Of a DNA stretch of 22,163 bases, positions 1-11,072 are shown in pieces (positions within the stretch are counted from its first letter, which is position 1; every line of letters starts with the position of its first letter). The stretch comes from Ruditapes philippinarum (Eukaryota): the NCBI RefSeq assembly GCF_026571515.1, contig NW_026851538.1:1-22163 (forward strand). Reading direction: 5' to 3'. The notes beneath the pieces were generated by a model that saw only the letters and a list, made by a program, of their open reading frames with translations, ran no database searches and was not told where the DNA came from. The position numbers and the translations under genes are program-made.

Positions 1-340
1 TAAGTTTTGGGGAAAAACAAAAAAAGTTCAAAAGTTTTATAATTTTCAAAAGGGAACTAAAATAATAATAAAATACAAAAAAATTTTTTAATAAATAAAA
101 TTGATCACAAACCTCTGCCCCTTTTTTTCGAAATCCCTTTAAAAAAGGTATTTGCACGGCCATGCATATAAATTTTTTACGTTTACGTCCCTTTTTAAAT
201 TATATGAACAAAAGGATAAGACCCCAAACCAAAAGTTTTTTGGGTTATTTATAGGCGTGTAAATGAAAAAATTGGGGGCCTTTTTTAAACTACAAAACAG
301 TTTTTTATTTTTGTTTTTTGAAAAAATAGAATAATTTTAA
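1..340. other. Homopolymer-stuttered low-complexity block (nearly every base occurs in runs of 2-7). Contains a degraded-looking copy of the motif at 556-592 (cgtaaattctcaattgcatggccttgcatatagtttgacgtgacgtc vs ttgcacggccatgcatataaattttttacgtttacgtcc).
   Basis: Direct reading. Runs such as ggggaaaaacaaaaaaagttcaaaagtttt and gggggccttttttaaa. Partial similarity of 139-199 to 556-592. Confidence 0.4.
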
Positions 341-454
341 AATTTGTGTTTGTTCATTACAAGAAATTTAAAATTTAACTCGTTGAATAAAAATAATAAT
401 ATTGAGCCTCTTTAATAATTAATGCCAGCGGCCCGCAAAATATTATTTTATTCA

Positions 455-850
455 ACAAAGTTCAATAAATTCAGTATTAAAACTTCCACTCATTCAATAT
501 CCTCTATTTATCACATACCCGTGCCTCTTTCACGACTCCGTAAATTCTCAATTGCATGGCCTTGCATATAGTTTGACGTGACGTCATTTGCAATACTTGC
601 AAACATAGCGTTAAGATGCTCTAAATGTTACCGTTACAGTACACTACATAGGCAAGTGAGTAAAAAAGGGATTCTTTTCACCATAAAAAACAGTTATTAT
701 GTTGGTTATGTGATATATAGAATATTATATATATGTAAATTCATTACTTAATTTATTGAACTCGTTGAACAAAATGATATTATACAACTTATTCAATAAA
801 TTCAGTATTGAATCAACACTCATTTAATATCCTCTATTTCTGTCTGCTTT
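455..850. repeat. Two copies of a short dispersed repeat (about 455-530 and 785-850: ttcaataaattcagtatt..actcatt.aatatcctctattt). Each is preceded by a small inverted repeat (cgttgaataaaa / ttttattcaac).
   Basis: Direct comparison of 360-530 with 760-850. Confidence 0.5.
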
Positions 851-1230
851 TAATGCTTCATAATATTTATTATATAAGTTCATGTCACCAAGTTTCTAGC
901 TTTTAAATGACAGAGAAATGTCAGCAGGTGCAATTAGATACAGCCACATATGTATGTCTCAATTTATTAAGTTCATATTCTTTGAATAATGTTCACAAAA
1001 AAAACTTGGGCATGGCTTCGACCGAATAACATTCTATAGGCAATAAAAAGAAAGAAAAAAAACAGTTACATGTATATATATTATTGAGAAAATATGGAAA
1101 GACTATAAAATGAATGTATAAGATATATATCTTATTAATAATAGGTTTGTGAAAAATATTTGCATCTACAAAATACCTTTCAAAAACACTGGATCCAAAG
1201 AAGGATACAAGAACGTGGAAAAAAACAATA

Positions 1231-1378
1231 AATTTGGAGAAAATAAACGTTCATACAGTGCTAAAGTATAAATACCCAAGTACTTTCGGCGTATTATGCC
1301 TTCATGAAGGCATAATACGCCGAAAGTACTTGGGTATTTATACTTTAGCACTGTATGAACGTTTATTTTCTCCAAATT
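1231..1378. repeat. Perfect 148-bp palindrome. Two 74-nt arms, symmetry centre between 1304 and 1305 (ccttcatg|aaggcat).
   Basis: Reverse complement of 1305-1378 equals 1231-1304 with no mismatch that I can see. The 69-aa ORF on the minus strand (1166-1375) is the mirror artefact of this palindrome. Confidence 0.85.
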
Positions 1379-3289
1379 TATCTTATTAATAATATATATA
1401 CATGTAAAACAAAAACTAAAATAAAAAAATAAATGTCAATGTATCTTTAACATTTTGTGTTTGTCAATTTCATAATAAAATGTCATTGAGTACCAGTACA
1501 GGAATAATATCTTCACTCTATGAATAAAATGAATTTGGGTCCACATATGGTTTATTGCTTACAAAATTACACTTTTCTGTCACAAAAACAAATCAATAAA
1601 GTTAATAAGACTTGTCAAAAAAATGACCTTCTTGTAATGTATATCTGGGTAAGATATTTTGATAAGATAAAAAATAATCCTAAAAATTATCAAATGTGCA
1701 TTGAAAGAAAAAAAAGGAGTGTTTTGTAAAATTTATTAAACAATAGCATGCAACGGTGCTAGTCACACTGGTTTGACCTAATATTTGTTTAATATTGTTA
1801 TTTAAAGATCCTGTATGTTGTAATCAGGATGTAACAACACTTAAGTAAAATTTTATATATGTATATAAATTATGCTTCTAAAAGATTCAAAACAGTAAAG
1901 AATATGTTAAATATGTAATGCAAATGTTTATAAGCAATATAACTAATCATTAAAATATATGCATTCAGTTCTGATTGAAAGATTTGGCTTAGACTTTACC
2001 GAAATAAATTTCTAATTACCTCCCTTTATTACTTCGGCAATATATTTACAAATAATGCCTTTTGGAACTTACAATATTGATAAATCTCCATTTGAGTATC
2101 ATATTTATGATATAAAAGCATAAAAAAAATTTAAGTTACAGGATCTTTAATATGTAATACCATGATCTTTAATATCATATACACATATTAAGAAAATTTA
2201 AAATCTGATTTACTTATTTTTGTCTGTACCAAGATACATTGTAGCAAAAACTTTTTTCTTCTTCTTCTATTAGTATAAGTTAATATAATACTCATCTAAT
2301 TTCATGTAAGCACTAAAGCCTGTGGTGTAATTGTATCTAATGAAAACATAAATCTTATCTTCTCTATTTTGGTAAGGTTTTAGCATGGCAATGAATACAG
2401 TAATAGGCCATATGGCGAATATTTCACTTTTTTCTGGTGGAGGAAGGGAAGAAAGGCCTCAGGTGCCCCTCCATGTATCAAATTTCAGGGCATGAACGGG
2501 CCACCCAAGTAAACCACTGTAGAACCATCAACGTTTTTGATATGCTTAGCTGGATAGCTTTTTTCACTAAAAAGATTTTCCAAAGTTGTCTTGCAGGGTT
2601 TGAACCTAGAGTGGTAAAGGTCATGTGCTTTGAAGTCAACAACCTTAACTGCATGGCAACAGCGTGTTCTATATTCAATTTCAGAATATGGGAACACAGC
2701 TTTAAAATTTAGCTTCAACTACATATGTATGTCTTGGCTTTGGACTTACATCTATCAGTGAAACAATGGGATGGGTTTAAAACTATGCTAGCTGGCATCA
2801 GCATTTTTCGTACTGCATACATATGTCTCTAGCTGGTGATTAAAATCATTTATTTTCCAGAAATATACTGATTAATATCAGTTATTATTACTCATATAAA
2901 AGTTACTCAGTCCAAGTATGTATGGTATTTTTGAAATTGTTTGATAAGAAATAAAGATATGCATGTATTAAATAATCATCAATGCTTTTATTCACATCTG
3001 TTGAGAAATAGAGGATTTTCATACAGAAAATACTGTTTTACACTCAGCCGCCCACACTCCACATTCACCTAGAAACTAGTTTCCCTGTGGAAAAAACCTG
3101 GCAATAAATTAACAGGTTAAAGTGAAACAAGAGCCATGTCAACATGGCCATCCCCTGCCGAATGTGTTTGCTCGTTGGAAGAATGTATATGTAGTAGAGC
3201 AGAATAACTCCATTTTAAGAGGTCTTTTGGTAATGAAAACTGATGGCTATAGTGATTACAGATTTGAAACCTATGTGAATACTAATGGC

Positions 3290-4067
3290 TGAAAATAACA
3301 AAGGGCAATAACTGAAAAATAATGCAGAGTAGGTTATCATTCTTGTGTGCTGCATTCCTCCTCAGTAAAATCTATCCACCTATGAAGTTTCAAGTTGATA
3401 CCTCAAATACTTTTTGAGAAAAAAATTGAATTGAAAAATTAAGTATGAAAAATAACAAAGGGCAATAACTCAAAAATAATACAGGGTAGAGTTATCATTC
3501 TTAAGCACTGCACTCCTCCTCAATGGGATCCATCCACCTTTGAAGTTTCAAGTTGATACCTCAAATACTTTTTGAGATAAGCTCTGGACAAAATAGCATG
3601 AAAAAAAACAAAGGGCAATAACTCAAAAATTGTATAGGAAAGAGTTATCATTCTTGCGCACAACATACCTCCTCAATAAGATCTATCCACCTATGACATT
3701 TCATGTTGATATCTCAAACACTTTTTGAGTTATGCTCCACTCAGGTGAAAAATTAGGTATGAAAAATAACAAAGGGCAATAACTCAAAAATTATGAAAGG
3801 TAGAGTTATCATTCTTGTGCACTGCACACCTCCTTAGTGAGATCTATGCACCTATGAAGTTTCATGTTAATATCTCATAGGCTTTTGGAGTTATGCTCTG
3901 GACAAAAATCAATTTTGAAAAATAACAAAGGGCAATAACTCAAAAATCATGCAAGATAGAGTTATCATTCTTGTGCACTGCACTCCTCCTCAATGAGGTC
4001 TATCCACCTATGAAGTTTCAAGTTGATAACTCAAATACTTTTAGAGATATGCTCCGGACAAAAATGT
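3290..4067 (+). repeat. Tandem array of about 5 copies of a ~145-166-bp unit. Unit: ..aaaataacaaagggcaataactcaaaaat..agagttatcattcttgtgcactgcactcctcctcaatg..tatccacctatgaagtttcaagttgatacctcaaatactttttgag... BIV160/Cg170-type bivalve satellite family, subfamily 1.
   Basis: The motif acaaagggcaataact recurs at about 3298, 3464, 3608, 3769 and 3925. The similarity to the bivalve satellite is from memory only, not from a search. Confidence 0.85.
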
Positions 4068-4112
4068 CGGATGGAAGGACGGACGGACGGAAGGTCGGAC
4101 GGACGGACGCAG
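4068..4112 (+). repeat. (GGAC)n tetranucleotide microsatellite (ggatggaaggacggacggacggaaggtcggacggacggacgc), immediately 3' of the array.
   Basis: Direct reading. Confidence 0.8.
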
Positions 4113-4128
4113 ACTATTTCTATATCTT

Positions 4129-4148
4129 CCGCCGAAAATTTTCGGCGG
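4129..4148. other. 20-bp perfect palindrome ccgccgaaaattttcggcgg (GC-rich hairpin), 17 bp after the microsatellite. Candidate Helitron/Helentron-type 3' terminal hairpin.
   Basis: Direct reading. The array, then microsatellite, then hairpin layout matches what is described for pearl/Helentron non-autonomous elements of bivalves. Confidence 0.75.
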
Positions 4149-5014
4149 GGGATAATAAAATCTTGAAATACCGTATGATGATAATTTACTAAAAAGAAAT
4201 CTCCAGATCAAGGAAGAGGTATAGGTAAACTGAACATTTTTTACCAGTAAAATAAATTTCTAAGGTCACAAATTCCTTTTTACAAACAAAATTTTTCTGT
4301 CTTTCTTTCTTTCCAAAGATCATGCCCTCGCAAAAGTAGGGTAAATTGTTTTCTCTTTAGAGAAATGTGTAATGCTTTTTTTCATAAGACCCAACAAAAT
4401 GATAAACACATTTAAACTTTCATCTTTGTTTTTTTCTCGTTTTACGATTTTGTGGTGACGTCTCCGAGGAGGCCCCGACCACAACTTGACTGCCTTGTAT
4501 TTCCTCTTGTGACACGCCCTCGGCATTTTTAAGTTTTCCTTGTGCTTCAACATAAAACATGACATCACGTAGCTGCTCCCTCAATTCCTGAATCTCCTAT
4601 AAATAAACATGAAATTTCTGGTTTTATTATAATTGGATTGACAAGAGTTTTTCAATTGGTATCTCTCTGTGACATTGACCTTTGACCTAATAGCCTACTA
4701 ATTAAGTCCAATCCATGGGCCTTGGGCAATGTCCCTACCAAGTTTCAAATACTTATAACAGTATGCCTCCAGATTCAAACTTCTATTAGTGAAATTTTAA
4801 ACAAGAACTGTCGGAGGACAGTACCGCTCGACTATTTGAACAGTTGTCACAAGGTTGTTTCATTGAGTATAACTAGAACTATCACTAAATGTGATTAATA
4901 CCCCACAAGACTTGCTTCGGAAATGAGGATGTTACTAGTAACAGAATACCTTGTAAAATAATTAAAATATAGAGTTTATGGTTGTGGGCAATTAAAGATA
5001 GTTGTGGTTCTTAT

Positions 5015-6957
5015 ATGTTGCATTTCCTTTCAATGTGGGTTGGCCATTGATGAAGTTTAATTGAATTACTCTGTAATAAGTCCAGAAAGACAAAGAAAAG
5101 GAACAAAGGGCAATAACTCTATAAGTCTGTATTTTGTCAAATGGAGTTATTGTTCTTGTGCACTGCACTTCCTCTTAATATCCTTGACAACTGTATGAAG
5201 TTGTATTGAATTCCAAACAGTAGTTTTCAAGTTATGCTCTGGACAAAGAAAAGTAACAAAGGGCAATAACTCTGTAATTAGTCAAGATAGAGTTATGGTT
5301 CTTGTGCACTGCACTTTCTCTTCAATGTGCTTGACCATTGTTTGAAGTTATATTATTTCCAACCATTAGTCTTCAAGTATGGTCCAGACAAAAAAAGGCA
5401 ATGGAAAAGTAACAAAGGGCAATAACTCTGTAATTACTTTTAGATAGAGTTATGGTATTTTGTGCACTGCACTTCCCCTTATTGTGTTTGACAATTGTAT
5501 GAAGTTGTTTTGAATTCCAACTAGTTGTTTTCAAGTTTATGCCTCGGACAAGGAAAAGTAACAAAGGGCAATAACTCTGTATTAGTCAAGATAGAGTTAT
5601 TGGTTCTTATGCACTTGCACTTCCTCTCAATGTGCTTGACCATTGTTATGTAGTTATATTGACATTCCAACCATTAGTCTTCAAGTTATGGTCCGGACAA
5701 AAAAGGAATAGGGAAAGTAACAAAGGGCAATAACTCTGTAATTACTTTAGATAGAAATTATGGTTCTTGTGCACTGCACTTCCCCTTTTGTTGTTTGACA
5801 ATTGTGCGAAGTTTGTTTTGAAAATTCCTAACAGTAGTTTTCAAGTTATGCACCGGACGGAAAAAGTAACAAAGGGGGCAATTACTCTGTAATTAGTCAA
5901 GATAGAGTTATGGTTCTTGTGCACTGCACTTCCTCTCAATGTGCTTGACCATTGTATGTAGTTATATTGAATTCAAACCATTAGTCTTCAAGTTATGGTC
6001 CGGACAAAAAAGGCAATGGAAAGTCAAAAACTCTGTTTAATAACTTTAGATAAAGAGTTATGGTTCTTATGCACCTGCACTTCCCCTTATTGTGTTTGAC
6101 CAATTGTAATGAAGTTGTTTTTTGAATTCCAACCAGTTAGTTTTCAAGTTTATGACCCGGACAAGGAAAAAGTAACAAAAGGCAATAACTCTTGTAATTA
6201 GTCAAGATAGAGTTATGGTTCTTGTGCACTGCAACTTCCTATCTATGTGCTTGACCATTGTATGTAGTTATATTGAATTCAAACTATTAGTCTTCAAGTT
6301 ATGGTCCGGACAAAAAAAAGCAATTGGAAAAGCAACAAAAGAGCAATAACTCTGTAAATTTACTTTAGATAGAGTTATGGTATTTGTGCACTGCACTTCC
6401 CCTTATTGTGTTTGGGCAATTGTATGAAGTTGTTTTGTATTCCAACCAGTAGTTTTCAAAGTTATGCCCCGGACAAAGGTGGAAAAGTTAACAAAGGGCA
6501 ATAACTCTGTAATTAGTCAAGATAGAGTTTTATGGTTCTTGTGCACTGCACTTTCCTCTCAATGTGCTTGACCATTGTATGTAGTTATATTGAATTCCAA
6601 CCATTAGTCTTTCAAGTTATGGTCCGGACAAAACAAAAGCAATGGAAAAGCAACAAAAGGGCAATAACTTGTAATTACTTTAGATAGAGATATTTGGTTC
6701 TTGTGCACTCCACTTCCCTTATTGTGTTTGACAATTTGTATGAAACGTTTTGAATTCCAACCAGTTGTTTTCAAGTTATGCCCCGGACAAGGAAAAGTAA
6801 CAAAAGGGCAATAACTCTGTAATTAGTCAAGATAGAGTTATGGTTCTTATGCACTGCACTTCCTCTCAATGTGCTTGACCATTGGTATGTAGTTATATTT
6901 GAATTCCAACCATTAGTCTTCAAAGTTATGCTTCCCGGACAAGGAAAATGCAAACGG
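5015..6957 (+). repeat. Tandem array of about 12 monomers of ~155 bp, organised as a higher-order repeat of two alternating variants. Type A: ..attagtcaagatagagttatggttcttgtgcactgcacttcctctcaatgtgcttgaccattgtatgtagttatattgaattccaaccattagtcttcaagttatggtccggac. Type B: ..attactttagatagagttatggt.tttgtgcactgcacttccccttattgtgtttgacaattgtatgaagttgttttgaattccaaccagtagttttcaagttatgccccggac. Same satellite family as 3290-4067, but a distinct subfamily.
   Basis: acaaagggcaataact-like anchors at about 5102, 5257, 5411, 5563, 5717, 5868, 6030, 6175, 6335, 6495, 6650 and 6805. A/B alternation read by eye. Confidence 0.85.
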
Positions 6958-6963
6958 ACGTCT

Positions 6964-7003
6964 GGACCCGACCCCGACCGACCAAACCGACCGACCGACC
7001 ACC
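6964..7003 (+). repeat. (CCGA)n / (GACC)n-type tetranucleotide microsatellite ending the second array.
   Basis: gacccgaccccgaccgaccaaaccgaccgaccgaccaccg. Confidence 0.75.
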
Positions 7004-7015
7004 GGGTGACTCCTA

Positions 7016-7048
7016 TATACCCCCCCAAACTTCGTTTTTGGGGGTATA
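7016..7048. other. Imperfect GC-rich hairpin tataccccccaaac..ttcg..gtttttgggggtata, just 3' of the microsatellite. Second candidate Helentron-type terminal hairpin.
   Basis: Direct reading. The arms differ by one C/G and one A. Confidence 0.65.
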
Positions 7049-7149
7049 ATAATGCTTACCTATATGAATACAATAAAAATTATTTTTAAAGGTTCAAAGG
7101 CTTGTTATTAAGATGCTTTATCGAGTAGATCACTGCTTTATTATTATGA

Positions 7150-7905
7150 ATGCATAAAAAATTGTCCCAAAAAAGGCACAAAATTTTCAGTAGTTTATGG
7201 AAAATACCAGCTTACAAGCAAAAACCTTTACCAAGAATTTCTAAGCCGCAAAAAAGAGGCATAATTATGAAAAAAAATAAGGGTTATGGGACTTGTGCCA
7301 ATCATGTTAAATAATCACTGAGAAACAAGTGTGTAAAATTCCAATCCATTCCCTTTCAGTATTTATGGAGATACCAGCTTACTCGCATAAACTTAACCAA
7401 GAAATTTTCTAAGTCGAAAAAGGGGCATACTTATGCAAAAAAGCAAATCAGAGTTATGAAACTTGTGTCAATCATGTTAGATAATCACAGAGAACAAGTG
7501 TGTGAAGTTTCAATCCATTCCCTTCAGCTAGTTATGGAGATACAACCTTACACGCAAAAAACTTAACCAAGAATTTCTAAGTCGAAAAAAGGGGCATAAT
7601 TATGCAAAAAAAAGCAATTCAAAGTTATGGGACTTGCGCATATCATGTTAGATAATCACAGAGAACAAGTTTGGTGAAGATTCAATCTATTTCCTTCAGT
7701 AGTTATGGAAATACCACCATACACCGCATAAACTTAACAAAGAATTTCTAAGTCGAAAAAGGGGCATAATTATGCAAAATAGCAAAATCAGAGTTATGGG
7801 GACTTGTGCCAATCATGTTAGATAATCACAGAAAACAAGTGTGTGAAGTTTCAAATCCATTCCCTTCAGTAGGTAAAAAGAATACCAGCTTACACGCTTA
7901 CATTT
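7150..7905 (+). repeat. Tandem repeat, about 4.3 copies of a ~160-180-bp unit (..cagtagttatggaaataccagcttacacgcataaacttaaccaagaatttctaagtcgaaaaaggggcataattatgcaaaa..agttatgggacttgtgccaatcatgttagataatcacagagaacaagtgtgtgaagtttcaatccattcccttcag).
   Basis: Unit starts at about 7188, 7366, 7525, 7698 and 7868. Confidence 0.75.
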
Positions 7906-7953
7906 TTTTTCTCAAGTTTTTGCTTTTCTTGAAATATTTTGGCTCATCTGGAG

Positions 7954-7967
7954 GCTGCATATGCAGC
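7954..7967. other. 14-bp perfect palindrome gctgcatatgcagc, about 50 bp after the end of the 7150-7905 array.
   Basis: Direct reading. Confidence 0.6.
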
Positions 7968-8179
7968 TTTAAGTTTTCCTTCTTCAAGTAATTGAGCAAA
8001 CATGAATTTTACACTAAGTTTCGCTGTGACCTTTACCTAATGATCATTAAATCAATAGAGGTCATCTCACTGGATAGACCAATCTCCCAGAGTGTAAACC
8101 TAGATGTTATAAAGTTATTCAGCAGAAATCAATGGGTTGCTGACAGATCAACAGATGTTATTTATATTATGTACTGATA

Positions 8180-9180
8180 GACAGATAAGAACAAAAAACC
8201 ATTCAAGAGCCAATTTGCTTGACTAGAATTTATGGAAAGAGAAGGGGGGGCTAATTCCTTAAAAACTGCTTGCAGAAATTACCTGCCCTTGATAAATAAA
8301 CAACTTAACCCCTTTCCCTCATGAGTTATATTGGTCGAAACAAGAGGGCCATGAAATGCCCTGAGGTCGCTCAACCTGTTTATAGGCCCAAGACGAAGAC
8401 GGTTGAATCCACTAGGTCACCCTTGAGAATATTTCAGGGGAGGCTTATAAAAATGGCCTTTTTCATTGAAAAGCCCCCTGGGTTACAAGTTAAAACTGAT
8501 TAATGAAAACTATTGAAAAAATTTGCCCTTAAATACTAATCAAAACTTGGGCACACCATGTTGAACTGGACCATTGCCTTTGTAAACGACTGCTTCAGTT
8601 TAAATTTCCGTTTACCAAAGCAACGAGGGGACGTCCTCAAAATACCTAAATTCCCATATTTTGCCTTCGGATTTTTTTCCATCAAGTGCTGAACTTCTAA
8701 GGGGTTTGAGATAGAGTCAAAGGCTTTTCAGCCCTTGGTTACACATTACCCTTTTTGATCGATCTGGGATCATTTTCAACCTCTCACAAGTACAAAATTT
8801 CTTTTTGGGCGATGGGAAAGGGGATTGCCCCCCCCCTTCAAACCCCCCAAACAGAAGGGGCACCACATCCCCCCTTCCTGGCAACCCCCTGATGTATCTT
8901 TTTTGGATGGGGGAACCGCTCCGGAAAAAATTGCTTCACTTTTCTTAAGCAACATATTCTCCAACGAAAACATATAATTTGGGGCCCCCCAAATAGGACA
9001 TTTTCTCACTATTTGAGGCCTAAAAGGGGGGGGGGTCGAAAGTGTGTTTGTTTTCGCGTATATTATAGGTAAAGGGTTAAGTGAAATAGTGATCTTGATT
9101 TTGTTTGTTTTTATTGTTTTTTTTTTGTTTTTGTTTTTTTCAATAAAATTAGAAAAAAATAACAAGACCTGTCAAAAGGA
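8180..9180. other. Homopolymer-stuttered, G/C-run-rich block (gggggggg, ccccccccc, gggggggggg). Part of it is a noisy copy of clean sequence nearby: 8224-8290 vs 9241-9300, and both relate to the ggggcataattatgcaaaa motif of the 7150-7905 repeat.
   Basis: Direct reading. gaaggggggggctaattccttaaaaactgcttgcagaaattacctgccc vs aaaaggggaccataattttgcaaaactgcttggcagacccttacctagcc. Confidence 0.4.
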
Positions 9181-10020
9181 CAACAGGTTCCTCGTTTTTT
9201 TTTCAGTGCTGGGATAGTGTAATTTAAAATTCACAATATAAAAAGGGGACCATAATTTTGCAAAACTGCTTGGCAGACCCTTACCTAGCCTTAATAGTGA
9301 ACTTGTTTTCAAGTTTTGAACATTAATTGTTCTTTTTATATAGATAAAGGCAAAACACTCTAAATAAAAAAACCGGAGATGGTTAACAAAATATTGCTTT
9401 CCAGGATTATCTTCCCTTTAGAAATGGCCATTTCAAAATTTTACCAGGTGAAAAAGAAGTAGAAGGCAAGAAATGAATGAAGAAGACTGTTTTTTATTTT
9501 TGCGACTTACTTATCTTTTTTGGAAGTTGTAAAATCTTTTGGAATTCTGGACTCCCAATGGTAGTAACTCGTTTCTGCCAACACTTTTTGATTGTCAAGT
9601 AACACTTATTCATCTCTTTCCTCTTTCTTGCAGATCGTGTAGTGCTTTTTTCAAGACGTGTCTGTAGCTAAAAAATTTAAATAAAGTTAATAGAAACATG
9701 ATTTTCCCTGTTAGTTTCAGTCCCATTTATATATTTAGGAAAATACGTTGGGAGGACTGAAACAAGGTCGGATAAGACAAGGGAGTCGTTGAAAATCAGG
9801 GGGTGGCTAAGGCAGTCTTGACTGTAACTTGTAAATTTTTTCTTAATCAGCTAATAATTCACCCTTAACAGATAAACGAATAATTAGCTTTGCTTGATAG
9901 TAACACCAAGATCCTTGATAACAAAGAACTTTAAACAAATGGGTCATGATGGCCCTGAAATCACTCACATGAATTTTAAAAACTCTTCCATGACAAGGAA
10001 CAAGTAAAATTGTAAACTAT

Positions 10021-11000
10021 AAAACAAAAGCAGATATAAAATCTAAATCTTAAACTGATATCACAAAGTTCATATTTGGTATCACAGAAATAGTGCATGT
10101 GTAAAAACAATACTGGTTGCTATTGCAAAGGGAAAACAACAGTTGCCACAGATGTGTACAATAGGGAAAAATCAATGACCCCATGGGGCAAATTTTCACC
10201 AAAGAGCTTTTATTTAAACAACTTGGTAAACTCTTATGAGACAATGTATCATGCTTAATATCTAAGCTCTATCTATTTGGTTTCTTTAAAAGAAGATTAT
10301 TTAAAGTTTTTACTATATACATATAAGGAAATCAATGACAGCCCAGGACAGGGCCAATATTGACCCAAGTCTTTTTATTTGAACAATTTACTTGGTAAAT
10401 ATTCACTAGAAAATGTTTCATTTTTAATATCAAAGCTCTAGCTATTTGGGTTTTCTCAAAACAAGATTTTATTTTTTTTTTCTATGTGCATATAACGAAA
10501 ATCAACTACCCACTTAGGCAGGGCCAATTTTGACCCCAGAAAATTTATTTGAACAAACTTGGTAAACACTCACTAGAAAATGTTATATCCTTAATATCTA
10601 AGCTCTAGCTCTTTTTTAAAAGATTTTTTTTTTACTATATGATGATATACAAATTAGGAGAATAAATTACCCCCCCCCCCCCCCCTCCCCGGGGCAGTGC
10701 CAATTTTTTACCCTAGAGCTTTTATTAAATAAACTTGGTACAATAAATTTAGTAAATGTCTCAATTAGTGATTGCTCTAGCACCTAGCTCCTTTGGTTTA
10801 AAAAAATAAAATAAATAAATTTTACTATATACATATAAGGAAAATCAATGACTCCCAGGGCAGGGCCAATTTTGACCCAAGGCCTTTTATTTGAACAAAC
10901 TTGGTAGACACTCACTTGAAAAAGTTTCATGCCTAATATCTAAGCTCTAGCTATTTGTGTATTTTTTCTGAAGAAGATTTTTTTTAGTTTTTCTTATATA
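10021..11000 (+). repeat. A ~130-bp header (aagcagatataaaatctaaatcttaaactgat..gtgcatgtgtaaaaaca.tactgg..cagatgtgtacaat) followed by about 5 tandem copies of a ~170-185-bp unit (tatatacatataaggaaaatcaatgac..cagggccaattttgacccaag..ttatttgaacaaacttggtagacactcac.agaaaa.gtttcatgcttaatatctaagctctagctatttg). One copy carries a poly-C run (10668-10690).
   Basis: Copies at about 10160, 10330, 10500, 10650 and 10840. Confidence 0.7.
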
Positions 11001-11043
11001 ACATAAAATAACATTAAGTATATTCAGTACTTTTGCATCATCA

Positions 11044-11072
11044 CGAAATCCAGTCGGATGGATGGACAGAAG
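11044..11072 (+). repeat. Short (GGAT/GGAC)n-like microsatellite relic: cagtcggatggatggacagaaggtaaacc.
   Basis: Direct reading. Resembles the microsatellite that ends the 3290-4067 array. Confidence 0.45.

Larger units (their letters stand above)
3290..4150 (+). mobile_element. Candidate pearl/Helentron-like non-autonomous element: satellite array + (GGAC)n + terminal hairpin.
   Basis: Composite architecture only. The 5' end is not defined and no Rep/helicase ORF is present in the window. Confidence 0.4.
5015..7050 (+). mobile_element. Second candidate pearl/Helentron-like non-autonomous element (HOR satellite array + microsatellite + hairpin), in the same orientation as the first.
   Basis: Same composite architecture as 3290-4150. 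Confidence 0.4.

Noticed and set aside
1166-1375. 69-aa minus-strand ORF.
   Set aside because: It is generated by the perfect palindrome. The protein is a mirror artefact.
2437-2718. Three overlapping ORFs (91, 66 and 77 aa) on both strands.
   Set aside because: Mutually overlapping ORFs in opposite orientations with no recognisable protein motifs. More likely non-coding (SINE-like or compositional) than a gene.
3971-7089. Small ORFs at 3971-4192, 4320-4568, 5373-5564, 6771-7028 and 6871-7089.
   Set aside because: They fall inside satellite monomers or the microsatellite runs (for example a DGRTDGRK-type translation of (GGAC)n). They are periodic repeat artefacts, not genes.
8776-9165. 129-aa minus-strand ORF.
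   Set aside because: It lies wholly in the homopolymer-stuttered G/C-run block. The translation is low-complexity (poly-K/N, GG/PP runs).
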